Made by a program: the position numbers and the translations under genes. From positions 63,408,012-63,472,011 of the forward strand of contig NC_057718.1 in the NCBI RefSeq assembly GCF_004010195.1: a stretch of 64,000 nt of DNA. Reading direction: 5' to 3'. Positions 41,983 through 54,821 of this stretch are shown here, one piece after another. The DNA comes from Chiloscyllium plagiosum. Lineage: Eukaryota. Under the pieces are notes generated by a model. It saw only the letters and a program-made list of their open reading frames with translations. It did not search any database and had not been told where the DNA came from. How positions within the stretch are numbered: position 1 is the stretch's first letter; every line of letters begins with the position of its first letter.

Positions 41983-44404
41983 CAATTTTCCAGTTGCTAG
42001 GCTGGCGCATATGTATGTTCTTCCACTGACTATATAGTCCGCATTGGATCATTAACTCCACTCTTTCCTTATCTGTTATGTATATCAGATATAGCTGCCA
42101 ACAAAGCCAAAGGGGAGGGGAGAGGATGTTGTTCCTTCAGCTCACCAGTAAGCATAGAAAAATAATACTACTTTTACTGAAAACAAAGCAAGGTTGGCAG
42201 GAAATCCCTTGCAGGAAAGCATACAACCTCCCAACTCTTTAGCTCTGTTTAACCAAGAAATTAATAAAGGGAAATAAAACAAAGAACTGTGCATGCTGGA
42301 AATTAGAATCAAAAACAGATATTGCTGGAGATACTTACTAGCTCTGGCAGCATCTATGGAGAGAAAACAGAGTTAATGTTTCAGGGCCAGTAATCGTCCT
42401 TCAGAAAAATGGAGTATCACTGCTAAATAGTTTGAAGACAGTTGTATATGAGGGTTAGAAGTTTGCTTTGTATTTGTGATTTTGGTAATAAATATGTTTG
42501 AAAATGTGTCTCTTGAGTGTTTGCAGTCACTAAATGTTAACCCTCTGTGGTCTGGGTCTTGTATGGGGTTTAGTTTCTTAATTGCTGAATTTGTCCTACA
42601 TATTTGTATTATGGTTAAACCTGTTTAAATTTTAACTTTTGTGCTGCCCCCAGAGCTCAAGATCATTGGATATATTTTGCACTTTGTGTTTATAATTTAC
42701 AGATCTTCATATTTCTGGGTGCATGCAGATATGAAAATGTGGATTTGATTGTGATGTGTCTGTGTCAGTTTATTAACATTTAAAGTTGTGGATCTAAGTG
42801 AAATATTTAGAGTTGGAATTTTATTGTGATATTATGACCCTTCTAGATAAAAGAAGGGAGCTGCAGAGAAGTACAAATTGATTAATAGATTGGGAGGTTG
42901 TAATGTTCTGCCCTTTTAAGGAGCTATCAGTGGCCATCTAAAACAATTAAGATTTGGAGTAGGTATGTGTAATGTTTTCTTGTGAGAACTTATCTCTTAG
43001 TTACAACTACAGTCATATAAAAGCCAACTGAAGAAAGAAGGAAAATTCTAATTTATTTCCCTTTTTTGTTAAAGTGTACTGTTTTGTATTTAGTTTAAGA
43101 GAAGATTTTCAGAGAAATGGTTATTCAGAATTTTAATTACAAATTTTAATTCTGAATTGTCAAATTTGTAATTTCATTTTCTGGCTAGAGTGAACTTCCA
43201 AATATCGACCTTTAACTCCAGATCATAAGGTTTGCACATATTTAAAGTTTATTGGTGTGAATTGGTGCTTTAGAAAAAATAAGGAAAGCTTAGAATTTTG
43301 AAACATTTGAAGAGTAATTTTCTTAGAATGACAACTATCTGAAGATATGTTCTGAAATCTGAGAACCTTGATACCAAAGACTTTAAAACAAAAGTAAAAT
43401 TCAACAAAAGATGTTTGTTCAGGGAAAGAAAATACACAAATGGAATTTGGCTTTGTTTGAAAGAGTGAGTGATGATGATGATGTAACTACGTCTAAGAAA
43501 TTTTACCCACCCCTTTTAAATTAGCAGAGAATTAAGCTGACTGCATACCTCTGAGAATTTATAATGCCCAACAGAATATTTTAAGTTTCTGAATTCTTCT
43601 TGAGACAGAATAGGTGGATCTTGTTTTTGTTTTGTAGACAACTGCAGACGAAGCAAGTTTTGCAACAGCTTTGAGAAGTTCTGGACTTTCAATGTCACAG
43701 CAGAGTGATGGATGAATCATATTTTGCTCACTCAAACCTTTTGATAACAATGTGCTTCAGAATATGAGAACTACCATCAAAACATGAAATATCAGGCATT
43801 TCAAAACTACTAAGCCACTGAAGATTGAATGATAACTTGGCAAGAATTTATAATAGAAGAGACAGCAGCTTCTGGACTTATTCTACAGCTGATGTCTGTG
43901 ATGCTGAGACAGGACAATGCTGCAGACAACCTTACCCTCCGTGGTGCAGGGGTGCATGCAGGTATCTCTGATGTGGAAAACTGGACTGCAGAGTTCCATA
44001 CAATATTAAAGTTTACACAATAAGATTCCTCGTGATATCTGGATGACTGGCCCCTCAAAAGAACAGGAAGAGTTCTCAACATATATTGTTACTTCATTGG
44101 GTTTTCCCAATTGCCAATAGTGAAATTGAAAGAGAAAAATACAGCAAGATTCACTTAGAAGCAGTGAAGACTGGTTAAGACCAATATCATCCTCAAGCAG
44201 GAAGTGAGAAGGTTAAGGGATACCACAAGAATTTGGCTAGTACCTTAAACAGAATAAAGGGTAGAATGATAGCTCAGTGGTCAGCATTGCTACCTCACAG
44301 CACCAGACATCTAGGTTCACTTCCAGCTTTGGGTGAAAATCATGAGAGCTGAAAATGTGTTGCTGGAAAAGCGCAGCAGGTCAGGCAGCATCCAAGGAAC
44401 AGGA

Positions 44405-44441
44405 GAATCGATGTTTCGGGCATAAGCCCTTCTTCAGGAAT
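44405..44441 (-). ncRNA. Minimal hammerhead ribozyme-like motif in Penelope terminal repeat (core intact)
   Basis: Reverse complement ATTC-CTGAAGA-A-GGGC-TTAT-GCCC-GAAA-CA-TC-GATTC; stem I is weak. Confidence 0.55.
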
Positions 44442-44550
44442 GAGGAAAGTGTGTCCAGCAGGCTAAGATAAAAGGTAGGGAGGAGGGACTTGGGGGAGAG
44501 GCTTTGGAAATGCGATAGGTGGAAGGAGGTCAAGGTGAGGGTGATAGGCC

Positions 44551-45041
44551 NNNNNNNNNNNNNNNNNNNNNNNNNNNNNNNNNNNNNNNNNNNNNNNNNN
44601 NNNNNNNNNNNNNNNNNNNNNNNNNNNNNNNNNNNNNNNNNNNNNNNNNNNNNNNNNNNNNNNNNNNNNNNNNNNNNNNNNNNNNNNNNNNNNNNNNNNN
44701 NNNNNNNNNNNNNNNNNNNNNNNNNNNNNNNNNNNNNNNNNNNNNNNNNNNNNNNNNNNNNNNNNNNNNNNNNNNNNNNNNNNNNNNNNNNNNNNNNNNN
44801 NNNNNNNNNNNNNNNNNNNNNNNNNNNNNNNNNNNNNNNNNNNNNNNNNNNNNNNNNNNNNNNNNNNNNNNNNNNNNNNNNNNNNNNNNNNNNNNNNNNN
44901 NNNNNNNNNNNNNNNNNNNNNNNNNNNNNNNNNNNNNNNNNNNNNNNNNNNNNNNNNNNNNNNNNNNNNNNNNNNNNNNNNNNNNNNNNNNNNNNNNNNN
45001 NNNNNNNNNNNNNNNNNNNNNNNNNNNNNNNNNNNNNNNNN
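44551..45041. other. Assembly gap (491 N)
   Basis: Run of N; smaller N runs at 29324-29326 and 57264-57268. Confidence 1.
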
Positions 45042-46369
45042 GGGCTCAAGGGCGGAGGAGCGGGAAGTGGAAGAGATGTGGTGGAGAGCATCGTCGACTA
45101 CGTCTGGCGGGAAATTGCGGTCCTTGAAGAAGGAGGCCATCTGGGTTGCACGGTTTTGGAACTGGTCCTCCTGGGAGCAGATGCGGCGGAGACAAAGGAA
45201 TTGGGAATATGGGATGGCGTTTTTACAGGGGGCAGGGTGGGAGGAGGTATAGTCTAGGTATCTCTACAGATTTATAGTAAATGTCTGTGTCGATTCGGTC
45301 ACCCGAGATAGAAATGGAAAGGTCTAGGAAGGGGAGGGAGGAGTCTGAGACGGTCCAGGTGAATTTGAGGTCGGGGTGGAAGGTGTTGGTAAAGTGGATG
45401 AACTGTTCAACCTCCTTGTGGGAGCACGAGGCAACGCCGATACAGTCATCGATGTAGTGGAGGAAAAGGTGGGGGGTGGTGCCAGTGTAGCTGCGGAAGA
45501 TGGACTGTTCCACATATCCTACAAAGAGGCAGTCATAGCTGGGGCCCATGTTCCTTGGATGCTGCCTGACCTGCTGCGCTTTTCCAGCAACAGCTCTGAT
45601 CTCCAGCATCTGCAGCCCTCACTTTCTCTTGAAAATCATGAGAGGCAACGCAGGGTGAATAATCAAGGTCTTTTTCCAAGGCTGGGGAAGTCCAAAACCA
45701 GAGGGCATAGGTTTCAGGTTAGAGGGAAAAGATTTAAAAAGGGGTAACATTTTCACGCAGAGGATGGTACGTACATGGATCAAGCTGCCACAGGAAGTGG
45801 TTGAGGTGGGTTCAATTACAGCATTTAAAGGCATTTGGATGGGTACATGAATAGAAATGATTTAGAGAGATATGGACCACATGCTGGCAAATAGGTCAGA
45901 TTGGGAAGTCTGGTCGTTGTGGATGAGTTGGACTGAAGGGTCTGTTTCTGTGCTGTATAACTCTCTGTATGTAGTTTGTACATTCTCTTTTGTGTCTGTG
46001 TGGGTTTCTGCTGGGTACTCTGGTTTCTTCCTACAGACCCAAGATATACAGGTTGGGTGTATTAGCCACAGTAAATGCAGGGTAACAGGAAAAGGGTGAG
46101 GGTCTGGATGGGGTGCTCTGTGGAGGGTTGATGCAACTTGATGGGCCAATTGGCCTCTTTCCTGCTCTTTAAGGATTCTATGATTAAGTGATATAATGAT
46201 GTAGGTAAAATGAATTGTGACACGGTACTATAACCAGGTAGAGTGGGCAGAAACATTGACTCTCCTGCTCCTCAGATGCTGTCTGACGTGCTGTGCTTTT
46301 CCAGCACCACACTCTTGATTCTAATCTCCAGCATCTGCAGTCCTCACTTTCACCTAGGGTCTCAATTAG

Positions 46370-47460
46370 ACCAGCTGCCAAAGCAGACCAGTTGTTTATG
46401 TTTGAACTCGGGTGAAACTCTATCCTTCAAGTATCCATAACCCATAGGTACTGCAAACATTTTCTTCTACTTGTATAATTTGAAATGTATTTTTATCCAT
46501 CTCAGTTAATGTGTTAATATTGCCCACAAGAACCCCAGCACAGTGGTTAAACTCTGAACTATTTATTTCAGGTCTTAGTCTGCACCTATTGGACATCTTG
46601 CCCCTTTTCTATGATTCTCTTGAACTGATGCAGATTAGTTAAATCAATGGAATTGACAATCCAGGTTCCAGTACTAAATACTGTTGTGGCATCATTTATC
46701 AGGTCACACTGTAACCTATGCTTTCCTTGGGCCATTGGCAGTGGTCCATTGTTGAACCGAGCTGTTTCTATTGTTTAATGGATGCATCCAGGTCATATAC
46801 AGTGTTTGAGTATGAGCTGAGCACCATTGGGCAGGGTTCTGTCTGAGATACTTAGCATCACCGGTATCAATTTTTGGTGTATATTACCATACAATATTGT
46901 ATGTTAATTAGCACAAGTCAATTTTGTGGTCAAAACCGTATTTTTCAAAAACAATCGTCTAGTTAGATATGGGAACTTAACAAGTAATCCAGTCTTTCCA
47001 AAGTCCCCATCAATTATCCAAATGTGTCAAATCCTTGTTGTTTCCATTCTGAACTCAACTAGACCTATTCTGCAATGCATGGTTACTTGCTGTCCTCCTG
47101 TTACTCAGTGTCCTATGTTAAGTTTTAAACTCCACATTGGGTGTGCTGTATTACAGTCCAAGCCATAGTGTGGGTGTTTTTGGGCAGTACCCCTCTTGTT
47201 TGTTAAGAACACCAATCCTACAAGTATTGAAGTGTTAAACAACATTCTGCAAATTAAACAAATAACTGTCCTGTTTGTTATCAGTCAGTCAAGACTAATT
47301 CTGCAAGAGAAAATGAAAAATGAATGAATAACATACTTTAGCTGTGACCAGTGTTTCCAATTCCATTCCTTGAATGTCCATACAGTCACGTGGATCACTG
47401 TCAAAATGACTTTGTATAGTTCCATCCATTTCGGGTCAGAACCCACACTGGGTCCCTCAG
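46370..47460 (-). mobile_element. Decayed endogenous retrovirus remnant: integrase C-terminus followed by env-like ORF
   Basis: DPKW..YKVILT...WKHWSQLK resembles a retroviral integrase C-terminus; splice-acceptor-like TTTGCAG before ATG 47245; MLFNTSILVGLVFLT signal-like start; HRLQC|DLINDATTVFSTGTWIVNSIDL is cleavage-site and fusion-peptide-like; several stops. Confidence 0.5.
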
Positions 47461-48547
47461 CCAATTTGCCTTGTACCTCTGCTTCTATATCACACAAGAG
47501 CTGTTGATCTCTAAACTCCTAAATTGTACTTAACTCTGTAAATGTTAACCTGTTGAAACTGGTAGCACACCGTGATAATCTGCACCCAACATTTCAATTT
47601 GTTTTCAAGGTTTTCTTTTCTCCTCTTCACCATCTACTTTTGATGGTACCCACACATAACTTTGCACAGGAATCCTCTCTGACAAAAATTATTGCTAATT
47701 CTTAATTACTGGCATTTAAACACAAATGCCTTAACTATTACATCAAATGAACTTAACAATGTCTTAGCAGTTCCCCCTTTACTATATCCATCCTGTGGAC
47801 ATTTCTTATGTATTTTCCCCATTTGGCCTTCAATTGTTCCAAACAAAATTATTTTTTACATTAATTTTACCCTCCTCTCACCAGTACAACTTGGATTGTT
47901 ATAAAGTTAGTTTCTCTAATAGATTATATGCCATGCCATGATCATTTAGAATATAACCATTTTGTCAAGTCGATGTACATGCCTTGTGTTCTTCAGTGCA
48001 TTTTTACCATACACTCCCTCATGTTCGTTACTTCAGATGTAACAAATCACTTCTGCACATGAAACCAGCATCTCAAGATCATGTCACATATTCTCCACTT
48101 TCAAGTGATCTTTTTACAAGATTAACAGTGAAGGGCATGTAGTACATTCCCTGCTTAGTCCTAATGTTCTGAGTGATGCCAAATCATTAATTGAAATCTG
48201 CTTATTACTTTTTCCTTATTTAACTCTTACTGTTATTCACTTTAACAGTTGTAAATAACTAAAGTTGCCTTTAAAGCATTAGCTGAGATTCTGGAATACT
48301 AGTCCAGAATCAGAGAAAAACTATCGACTAATGTACAACTGAGACTGTTATGTTTACTTGTAAAGATACAGAGCTTGTGAGGTTCAGTATAAATTGGTAA
48401 TTTGATGGACAAATCCAATAAACTTAGTAAGTTTTCCAGATTCCGAAGACCCCAGATGTACCTGTTAGTCTACAGAGCAACCTGAGCTTGAAGTTGTTCT
48501 ACATATTGAGGTACAAAATTCATCAGGGCAAAGTTCAGCCCACTACT

Positions 48548-48575
48548 GGGGGGGGGGGGGGGGGGGGGGGGGGGG
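48548..48575. repeat. Poly-G tract (28 nt)
   Basis: Direct reading. Confidence 0.95.
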
Positions 48576-48589
48576 TTGGTGGTAAAAGA

Positions 48590-49400
48590 CACTATACTGC
48601 AGGAACTCTGAAAAACTCTTATTGAAGGATGACTAGCCTACATTCAGTATGTCCATCAGCATGAAACTGTTCTGGGCTTTTCGGGATGAGCTAGGCATAT
48701 GTCAGGGAGTTGTCTTTAAGGCCAATGATACCTGAATCATTGGAGGCTTGTGAGAGAGAATCTAGCAGCTGAGTATGAATAATGATATTCAAGTCACAGT
48801 TAAGAATTGCGAATATGGCAGGACACATGTCAAATCAGCTCAAGGAATTACTTTTACCATATGAATTTCCAACGCAACCTTGGGTCAAGATTATTTGCAA
48901 CTTCTTCCACATCAATGGTTTAGTTGTCGCTGATTATTTTTCCAAATATCTCTTAATGTAACTTGCATGATAATGTGTGCTACAGTTGTGCTTTATCTAA
49001 CAGCTATTTTCAGCTGATTTGGGACATTTGAAATAACTTCAGATACAGATGCTCAATTTATTGGTAAACCAAACATGCGTGTGACAGAAACAGGAATAGA
49101 TCACAATTCCTCTTCTCCACACTACCCAGATCTAACAACACAGTCAAAACAATAATTTATATTTTGAATATTAAATTCTGAAATGTAGACAGAACAACAT
49201 TGTAAAGCCAAATCTTATGCTAACACCTCTAAGTGATCACCTGCAGAACTCTAGCTTGCAAGGCAGTTGTAAACAAACTTATTTAGGTTTTATCAATGTA
49301 CCCTTTCAGAAACCAGGGAAAAGCTTTTGAAAATAAAACAAGACAGGAAAGATGAAAGATGTGTGTGACAGGAATGTAAGTGAAGAGTTACCATGTCAGG
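48590..49400 (+). mobile_element. Decayed Gypsy/Ty3 LTR retrotransposon pol (integrase region)
   Basis: FWAFRDELGICQGVVFK (about 48670), ELLLPYEFPTQPWVKIICNFFHINGLVVADYFSKY (48845-48950), SSPHYPRSN (49111-49137). Confidence 0.8.
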
Positions 49401-49489
49401 AGAAAGTGATAATGCACTGAACTGCTGTGTTCTTCCAGTACCACTAATCCAGAATCTGGTTTCCAGCATCTCCAGTCTTTGTTAGTACC

Positions 49490-49820
49490 TAGTAATCCAG
49501 AGTCTCAGCTAATGCTTTAAAGATAACGGTTCGACTCCTACCATGGAAATAGTGAAATATGAATTCAATAAAATTTGGAAATAGAAGCCAGTCTAATGGT
49601 GACCATGTAATCATTGTTGATTGTTTTAAACACCTATGCGTCCATTTGGAGAGGAAATCTGCCATTGTTACCTGGTCTGGCCTACAAGTGAATCCAGATA
49701 CGCAGCAATGTGTTTGACTCTTCCTTGCCCTCTGAAATAACCCAAAAAGTCAATTGGTTCAAGGGCAACAAATGCTTTCCCAGTGACACCCACATTCCAC
49801 AAGTATTGGAAAAATAAATT
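49490..49820 (+). mobile_element. SINE with LINE-derived tail (family of 25310-25620)
   Basis: B-box GGTTCGACTCC; GGAAATCTGCC..TTACCTGGTCTGGCCTACA; tail AAATGCTTTCCCAGTGACACCCACATTCC. Confidence 0.65.
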
Positions 49821-50329
49821 CACAGGTAACTGGTTTGAATTCAACATCTCAGCAATTGTGTGGAGAAAACAAGATTTATCTAGCACCAAAGTTAAACTAA
49901 GTTATCACATTCAATGATGAAAGAGATTGAATCAAAGAATTAATAAATTTGCAACCGTCGTGTAACTCCCTTACATGCAGAACAAGATCCATTGCGACAT
50001 ACAAGTGTGACATCCCCACAAATGACTATCACGTTATTATAACAGGTACTACGTTGCGGCAGAAAAGCAGACCTGCACTATATTTTAGGGATTTATAAAT
50101 CTAAGGGATTATTAGCTTGTAATTTTGTTGTGTGTAAATAATCATGATGATATATGGGAATGCTTATTTGCAAGGAAGAGTTACTCAGTTGAAAACAAGG
50201 AGATGTTGTGGTCACCTTTAGAAGGATGTAGTTGTGTTTTCTATATATGTCATTAGCAACAAAAGAATGTATTGTATTATGCGTTTCAGATTTAATCTCA
50301 ATTTCTTCATAAATAAAACTCCTATGGAC

Positions 50330-50950
50330 AAGGGGAAGAAGTCCAGTCTATTTAGACTCTCCCTTGAGTGCCAAAAACATCCTTATAAATCTTTTCTACA
50401 CCCTTTCAAGTTTAGCAACACCCTTCCTATAACAGAATTGTATGCAATATTCTAAAAGTCGCCTTACCAATGTCTTGTACAGCTCCAAGATGACATCCCA
50501 ATTTCTAAACTTAATGCACTGACCATGAACGTAAATGTGCCAAATGCCTTCTTCACCACCCTTTCAGCCTGTGACTCCACTTTCAAGGAACAATGCACGT
50601 GCATCCCTCTTCTCTTTTGTTCAGCAACATTCTCCAGGACCTTAACATTAAGTGTAGAAGTCCTGTCCCAACTTGGCTTATTAAAATGCAACACCCTACA
50701 TTTATCAAATTGAACTTCATCTGCCACTCCTTGGCCCGTTTTCCTACCTGATCAAGGTCTTATTTTACGCTGAGGTAACCTTGTTCCCTGTCCACTACAC
50801 CACCAATTCTGGTGTCATCTGCAAACTTACTAAGCCATACCTCCTACAATCACATTCAAAATGATTTATTAAATGACAAAAAGCAGTGGACCCAGCACTG
50901 ATCCTTGTGGCACACTGCTGGTCACAGGCCTCTCGTCTGAAAAACAGTCC
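50330..50950 (-). mobile_element. CR1 LINE RT fragment
   Basis: MHVHCSLKVESQAERVVKKAFG; VPQGSVLGPLLFV and SKFADDT on the minus strand. Confidence 0.85.
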
Positions 50951-51320
50951 TCTTGTTTAAGAATAATATCAGATGCAAATCCTAAACTATTGAAGGTTAA
51001 GTAGATTTCATGGAATTGTTTATAATGCTAAGTGGTCACCATTAAGGGAAGTTAAACTAGTAATGATCAAAGAATATTAACTAAAATTAATTAAACACTG
51101 ATTTACAACAGAAACCATATTTAAAATAATCTGCCACGTCAGCTCATAAATGCAAAGGTCTTAGAGAGTTCAAAATGCATTTGTGCGTTAGACTGATTTT
51201 GAACTGCATGAGGTTTTCTTTATGGGAAACTTAGGGCACTATTATACTTGACACTAGTCAGCAATTATACGGTTACTGGAAATTCTGGTATTGCCTTATT
51301 GTAGTTAGGTAGTTTGAGCA

Positions 51321-53945
51321 TTTATTTATAAATAAAGATATAATAAATGGTTTTAAATGCTCCATAGTACAAACATGAGCATAATATTTTTCATACAAAG
51401 ACTGCAAATGAATAGATGAAAAACTTACGGAAGATATACAATATTTATAATTTATAAACAAAAATTAAGACACCTCAAAATTATTGCACTTGCAGTCTTT
51501 TTCATATTTTTCCTCTTACAGACGATATCCCATAACTACTTGACATGTATCTACACTGGAATTACTTCTCTAGTAATAGAAAAGCCCATCCAAAATTTTG
51601 GACTTTTTAAAAATCAAATGTACTATATTCAGTGTAAAAATTAATTTACAGTAACATCTTGTTACATTGTAAATATACATAACCAAAATCACTTACAGTA
51701 CAGTTGCCTAAATATTAACATTTGTTACACTGAAACATGACATTTCAAAATAAAACTTAAGTGGATGGTCAGCAGTTTCTTGTATTTACATGTGATGTTG
51801 AAGCTGCTTAGGCAGCAGGCATAATTGCTAATATGCTACAAAGTTCCAGTTTGTTTGTACATATTACATGCACACAAAGCATTCCATTATAATAAGCACA
51901 CGGAAAGTATAAAAAAAATCCTCTACAACTTCCAGAAGAGACTAAAGCTAGTATTGATCGAATCTTGAATAGACTAGTGCAATATACTATAATATTAGAA
52001 GTATTTTCAAAGGTCCATTACATATCTTACAGCTCAATGGTATGGTTTTCCACAATGGTTATAAGGGATGCAAATGAAGTTCAGATGATTCAATGCAATC
52101 TGAAAGATTTCCTTCATTTCGCAGGTATATTTCCATATCATATCATTGATGAAATGATCAATGTGTCGATACAAATAATCGCAAGTTGTTTATGCAAGGA
52201 TTGTCCTAACGGTCTATGTAATGTGTGAATTAGTTTCAATGTTTCTCTTTTCTAATTATCAGAAGATGAGGAAGGGTGCAAATCTCTCTCCAGACCATAT
52301 TGCCAATATTTCTTTTGCAAAGTTTGTTAGCATCATTCAGGAGTGTTAGACATCATAGGGCCATAAAGTCTTAGGGAGTGTGTACTTCTGGTTTACTCCA
52401 ATAGGTTCATCTAATCAACTAGTGAACATAAATTGTACTTTTATATTTTAACTGCACAAACTTAATACTCAATTTCAGTAGTTATTTGTAGGTGCTGTTG
52501 TCTTGTCATTTATAAGTGCCCCATGATACTCAGGTAAGTGAATGATGAATACATAAAAGTCAGACACTTCTGGAGGAAGTCTCCTGTGCAGGCACTATCA
52601 CACTGACACTAACTTTTGATCTATTAACAGGAAGTTCACTTCTCGTGTGACAGTCAGATGGTTTCACACTTGCCTCTTCTTGCTTTAGTAGGTTTCTTAA
52701 GTCTAGGGTCAGATGAAACATACTCAGATATTGGATCTTCTGGTTGGGATTCAATAACACAACTACTTTAGCTACAAAAATAATTGTGGTGGTATAATTA
52801 ACTGGTGGAGTGTTGACTGTAGAGCATCTATGCAAATCATTTGGTGCTTCCTATACTGAGACACCCCATATAACTCAAGAATGGCATTCAGTGACTAAAA
52901 TGGCAAATTTCTACTTCCATCTCTGGATTGCCTCACCCATTGAAGAACAAAGAGGGGGAAAAGATTTTAACAAATTTGTAGTCCGTATCACCAATGCAGA
53001 CAAGTAGATCTTAGAGAATTCTTTACTGCATTATTATTGTTTTGTTCTTTCTTGCCATCATTACATTCTTGGAGACAAATAAACCAATAAATATCTGTTC
53101 AGATATATAGCAAATGATCACTAGTATTTTTTTTCGTAAATTATTTACCAAACTCAAGTTCAGATCTTTTTTACATCCAGACTCACTCTATTGTTGTTCA
53201 TCACAACTACTGCTCCAGTTCATGATGGAAAACTAAGTGCCTTAACCAGTGTATTTTAGGGCTGGTGAAATGCACTGCTTCACCTGGCTTTTCAAAGTAG
53301 TTTTGTAATCCATAATGTGCCTTATTTACATCCCCAACAGGGATGCGGCTATGAATTTCTTCAGATATTTTGCCATTCCCTTAAAAGTAGCGATTACCTG
53401 GGAATGGCTGTGAAATGTTAGTATTTTTTGCAACTGGCATCAGTGATGCATGCGGTCATTGGTTCAAGTATTTAGTATTTCAACAATATCTGTTACTGTC
53501 AGACCACAACTACTATAATGCAGTCTAATTCTATCTTCTTGTAGCATTCATACTAATATGTAAACTTTGATGAAAATAATATCACACCCAGACAGAACAT
53601 TTGAAGGTGCTACACAAGTGTAAAATAACATGGAAAGTACCTGCCTGTCTCAGAGTAAATATTAAGGCCACAGCAATACAGCATACAAGAAAGAGCAAAT
53701 GCTGTCTTTGAAAAAACAGTCATTTTCAAACACAACAGAATTGCTAAGGCAGCTAGATCTGATGCTTTTAAAAACTGTTCCTCCAAATGACTTGTATTGT
53801 TAGCTAGAGTGGGAGCCATGTTTGTCAGGAACTCATGAGGTAATGCCATTGTATTACCTACAGTAACAGGTCTCTTCCCAATTCAGTATCAAACACTTAA
53901 GAGTGGAGCATTCAACATAGAGCACCAATTCCATCAATTCTCAAT
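51321..53945 (-). other. Probable 3' UTR of the PDE10A-like gene, with AATAAA at 51321-51326 (minus strand)
   Basis: About 2.6 kb with no recognisable transposon, AU-rich with TGTA motifs on the minus strand, directly downstream of the stop at 53946-53948. Confidence 0.6.
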
Positions 53946-54039
53946 TTATATAGAAGCGTTGTTTGAGGAAGCAGCCTGGCCCTGATCTCGTGAGGTTTGA
54001 CTTGCTTGTGCTATCTTCTCCCATTGAGCAAGGTTTTCC
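53946..54039 (-). CDS. Terminal coding exon of a PDE10A-like cyclic-nucleotide phosphodiesterase
   Basis: Acceptor TTTCTGCTTTTCAG|G GAA AAC...; (R)ENLAQWEKIAQASQTSRDQGQAASSNNASI* resembles human PDE10A RDNLSQWEKVI; only about 10 residues are alignable. Confidence 0.6.
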
Positions 54040-54821
54040 CTGAAAAGCAGAAATGCACAGGAATATTAAAATGCCATCTTCCATTCAACATTTCAAAATC
54101 ATTTATTTTTCTAAATACAAAATGGTGGTTTCTAGAAATTAGCTCTTCCTGTTTCCCCTATAATGGGATAAAGGACAGATATGAAATTATATCCATGGGG
54201 GATAAAATGGGATAGAGTTACACAATAAGAAGTCACAAACTGTTAACAACACAAAACTTAAAGCACCAAGACGATTTTGCTATTTCCTGATTTGCACATC
54301 CCTGTGGCTTCTCCAGGTCAGTTTAATTAAATTTTGTGGGATTATTTCAATTAAAACCAGACCAAGACTACTGAAATTAATTCCACATGATGAAGTCAAA
54401 TGTAATGTGGATGGAAGCTACCTTTAGTTGCTGATTTTAGATTCAGAAGCTCTTCCATCAATATTTTACAGAATCAAAATACTCACTAACCCTAGCAACA
54501 TAGAACATGTTACATCACTGAAGGTCATAAGTCTGATCGTGCTAAATCTTTAAAAGAGCTACCCAATTAATCCCAATCCTTGACCATTTCGTCACAACCC
54601 TAAATTTGCCTCCCTTAAAAGCACTGTCTAATTTCCCTTGAATGAATCTGGTCATGTTACCCTTCATTACAAAACATAACATGTCATTGCTTAAGAGACC
54701 TTCTTCTTAAGTCAACTCCAGTTCTTTTGCCAATATCCTTAAGTTAGTATTCTCTGATTACTCACTCTCCCACCACTACAAATATATTTCTTCATGTTTT
54801 CTCTAGACAACCTATAATGAG

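Larger units (their letters stand above)
44349..45629 (-). mobile_element. Penelope-like element (RT region and terminal repeat) spanning an assembly gap, nested in a CR1 3' end that itself splits a V-SINE (44265-44333 and 45966-46185)
   Basis: MGPSYDCLFVGYVEQSIF...LFLHYIDDCIG...LPFLDLSISI Penelope RT motifs; 15-bp TSD TGAAAATCATGAGAG at 44334-44348 and 45630-45644. Confidence 0.88.

Noticed and set aside
44381..45257. Long ORFs of 200-255 aa
   Set aside because: Artefacts of the 491-N gap
40029..51300. POLR3F 3' exons expected from human synteny
   Set aside because: No match to the POLR3F C-terminus (PCGLCPVF..C...C.YM.EWL) was seen by eye
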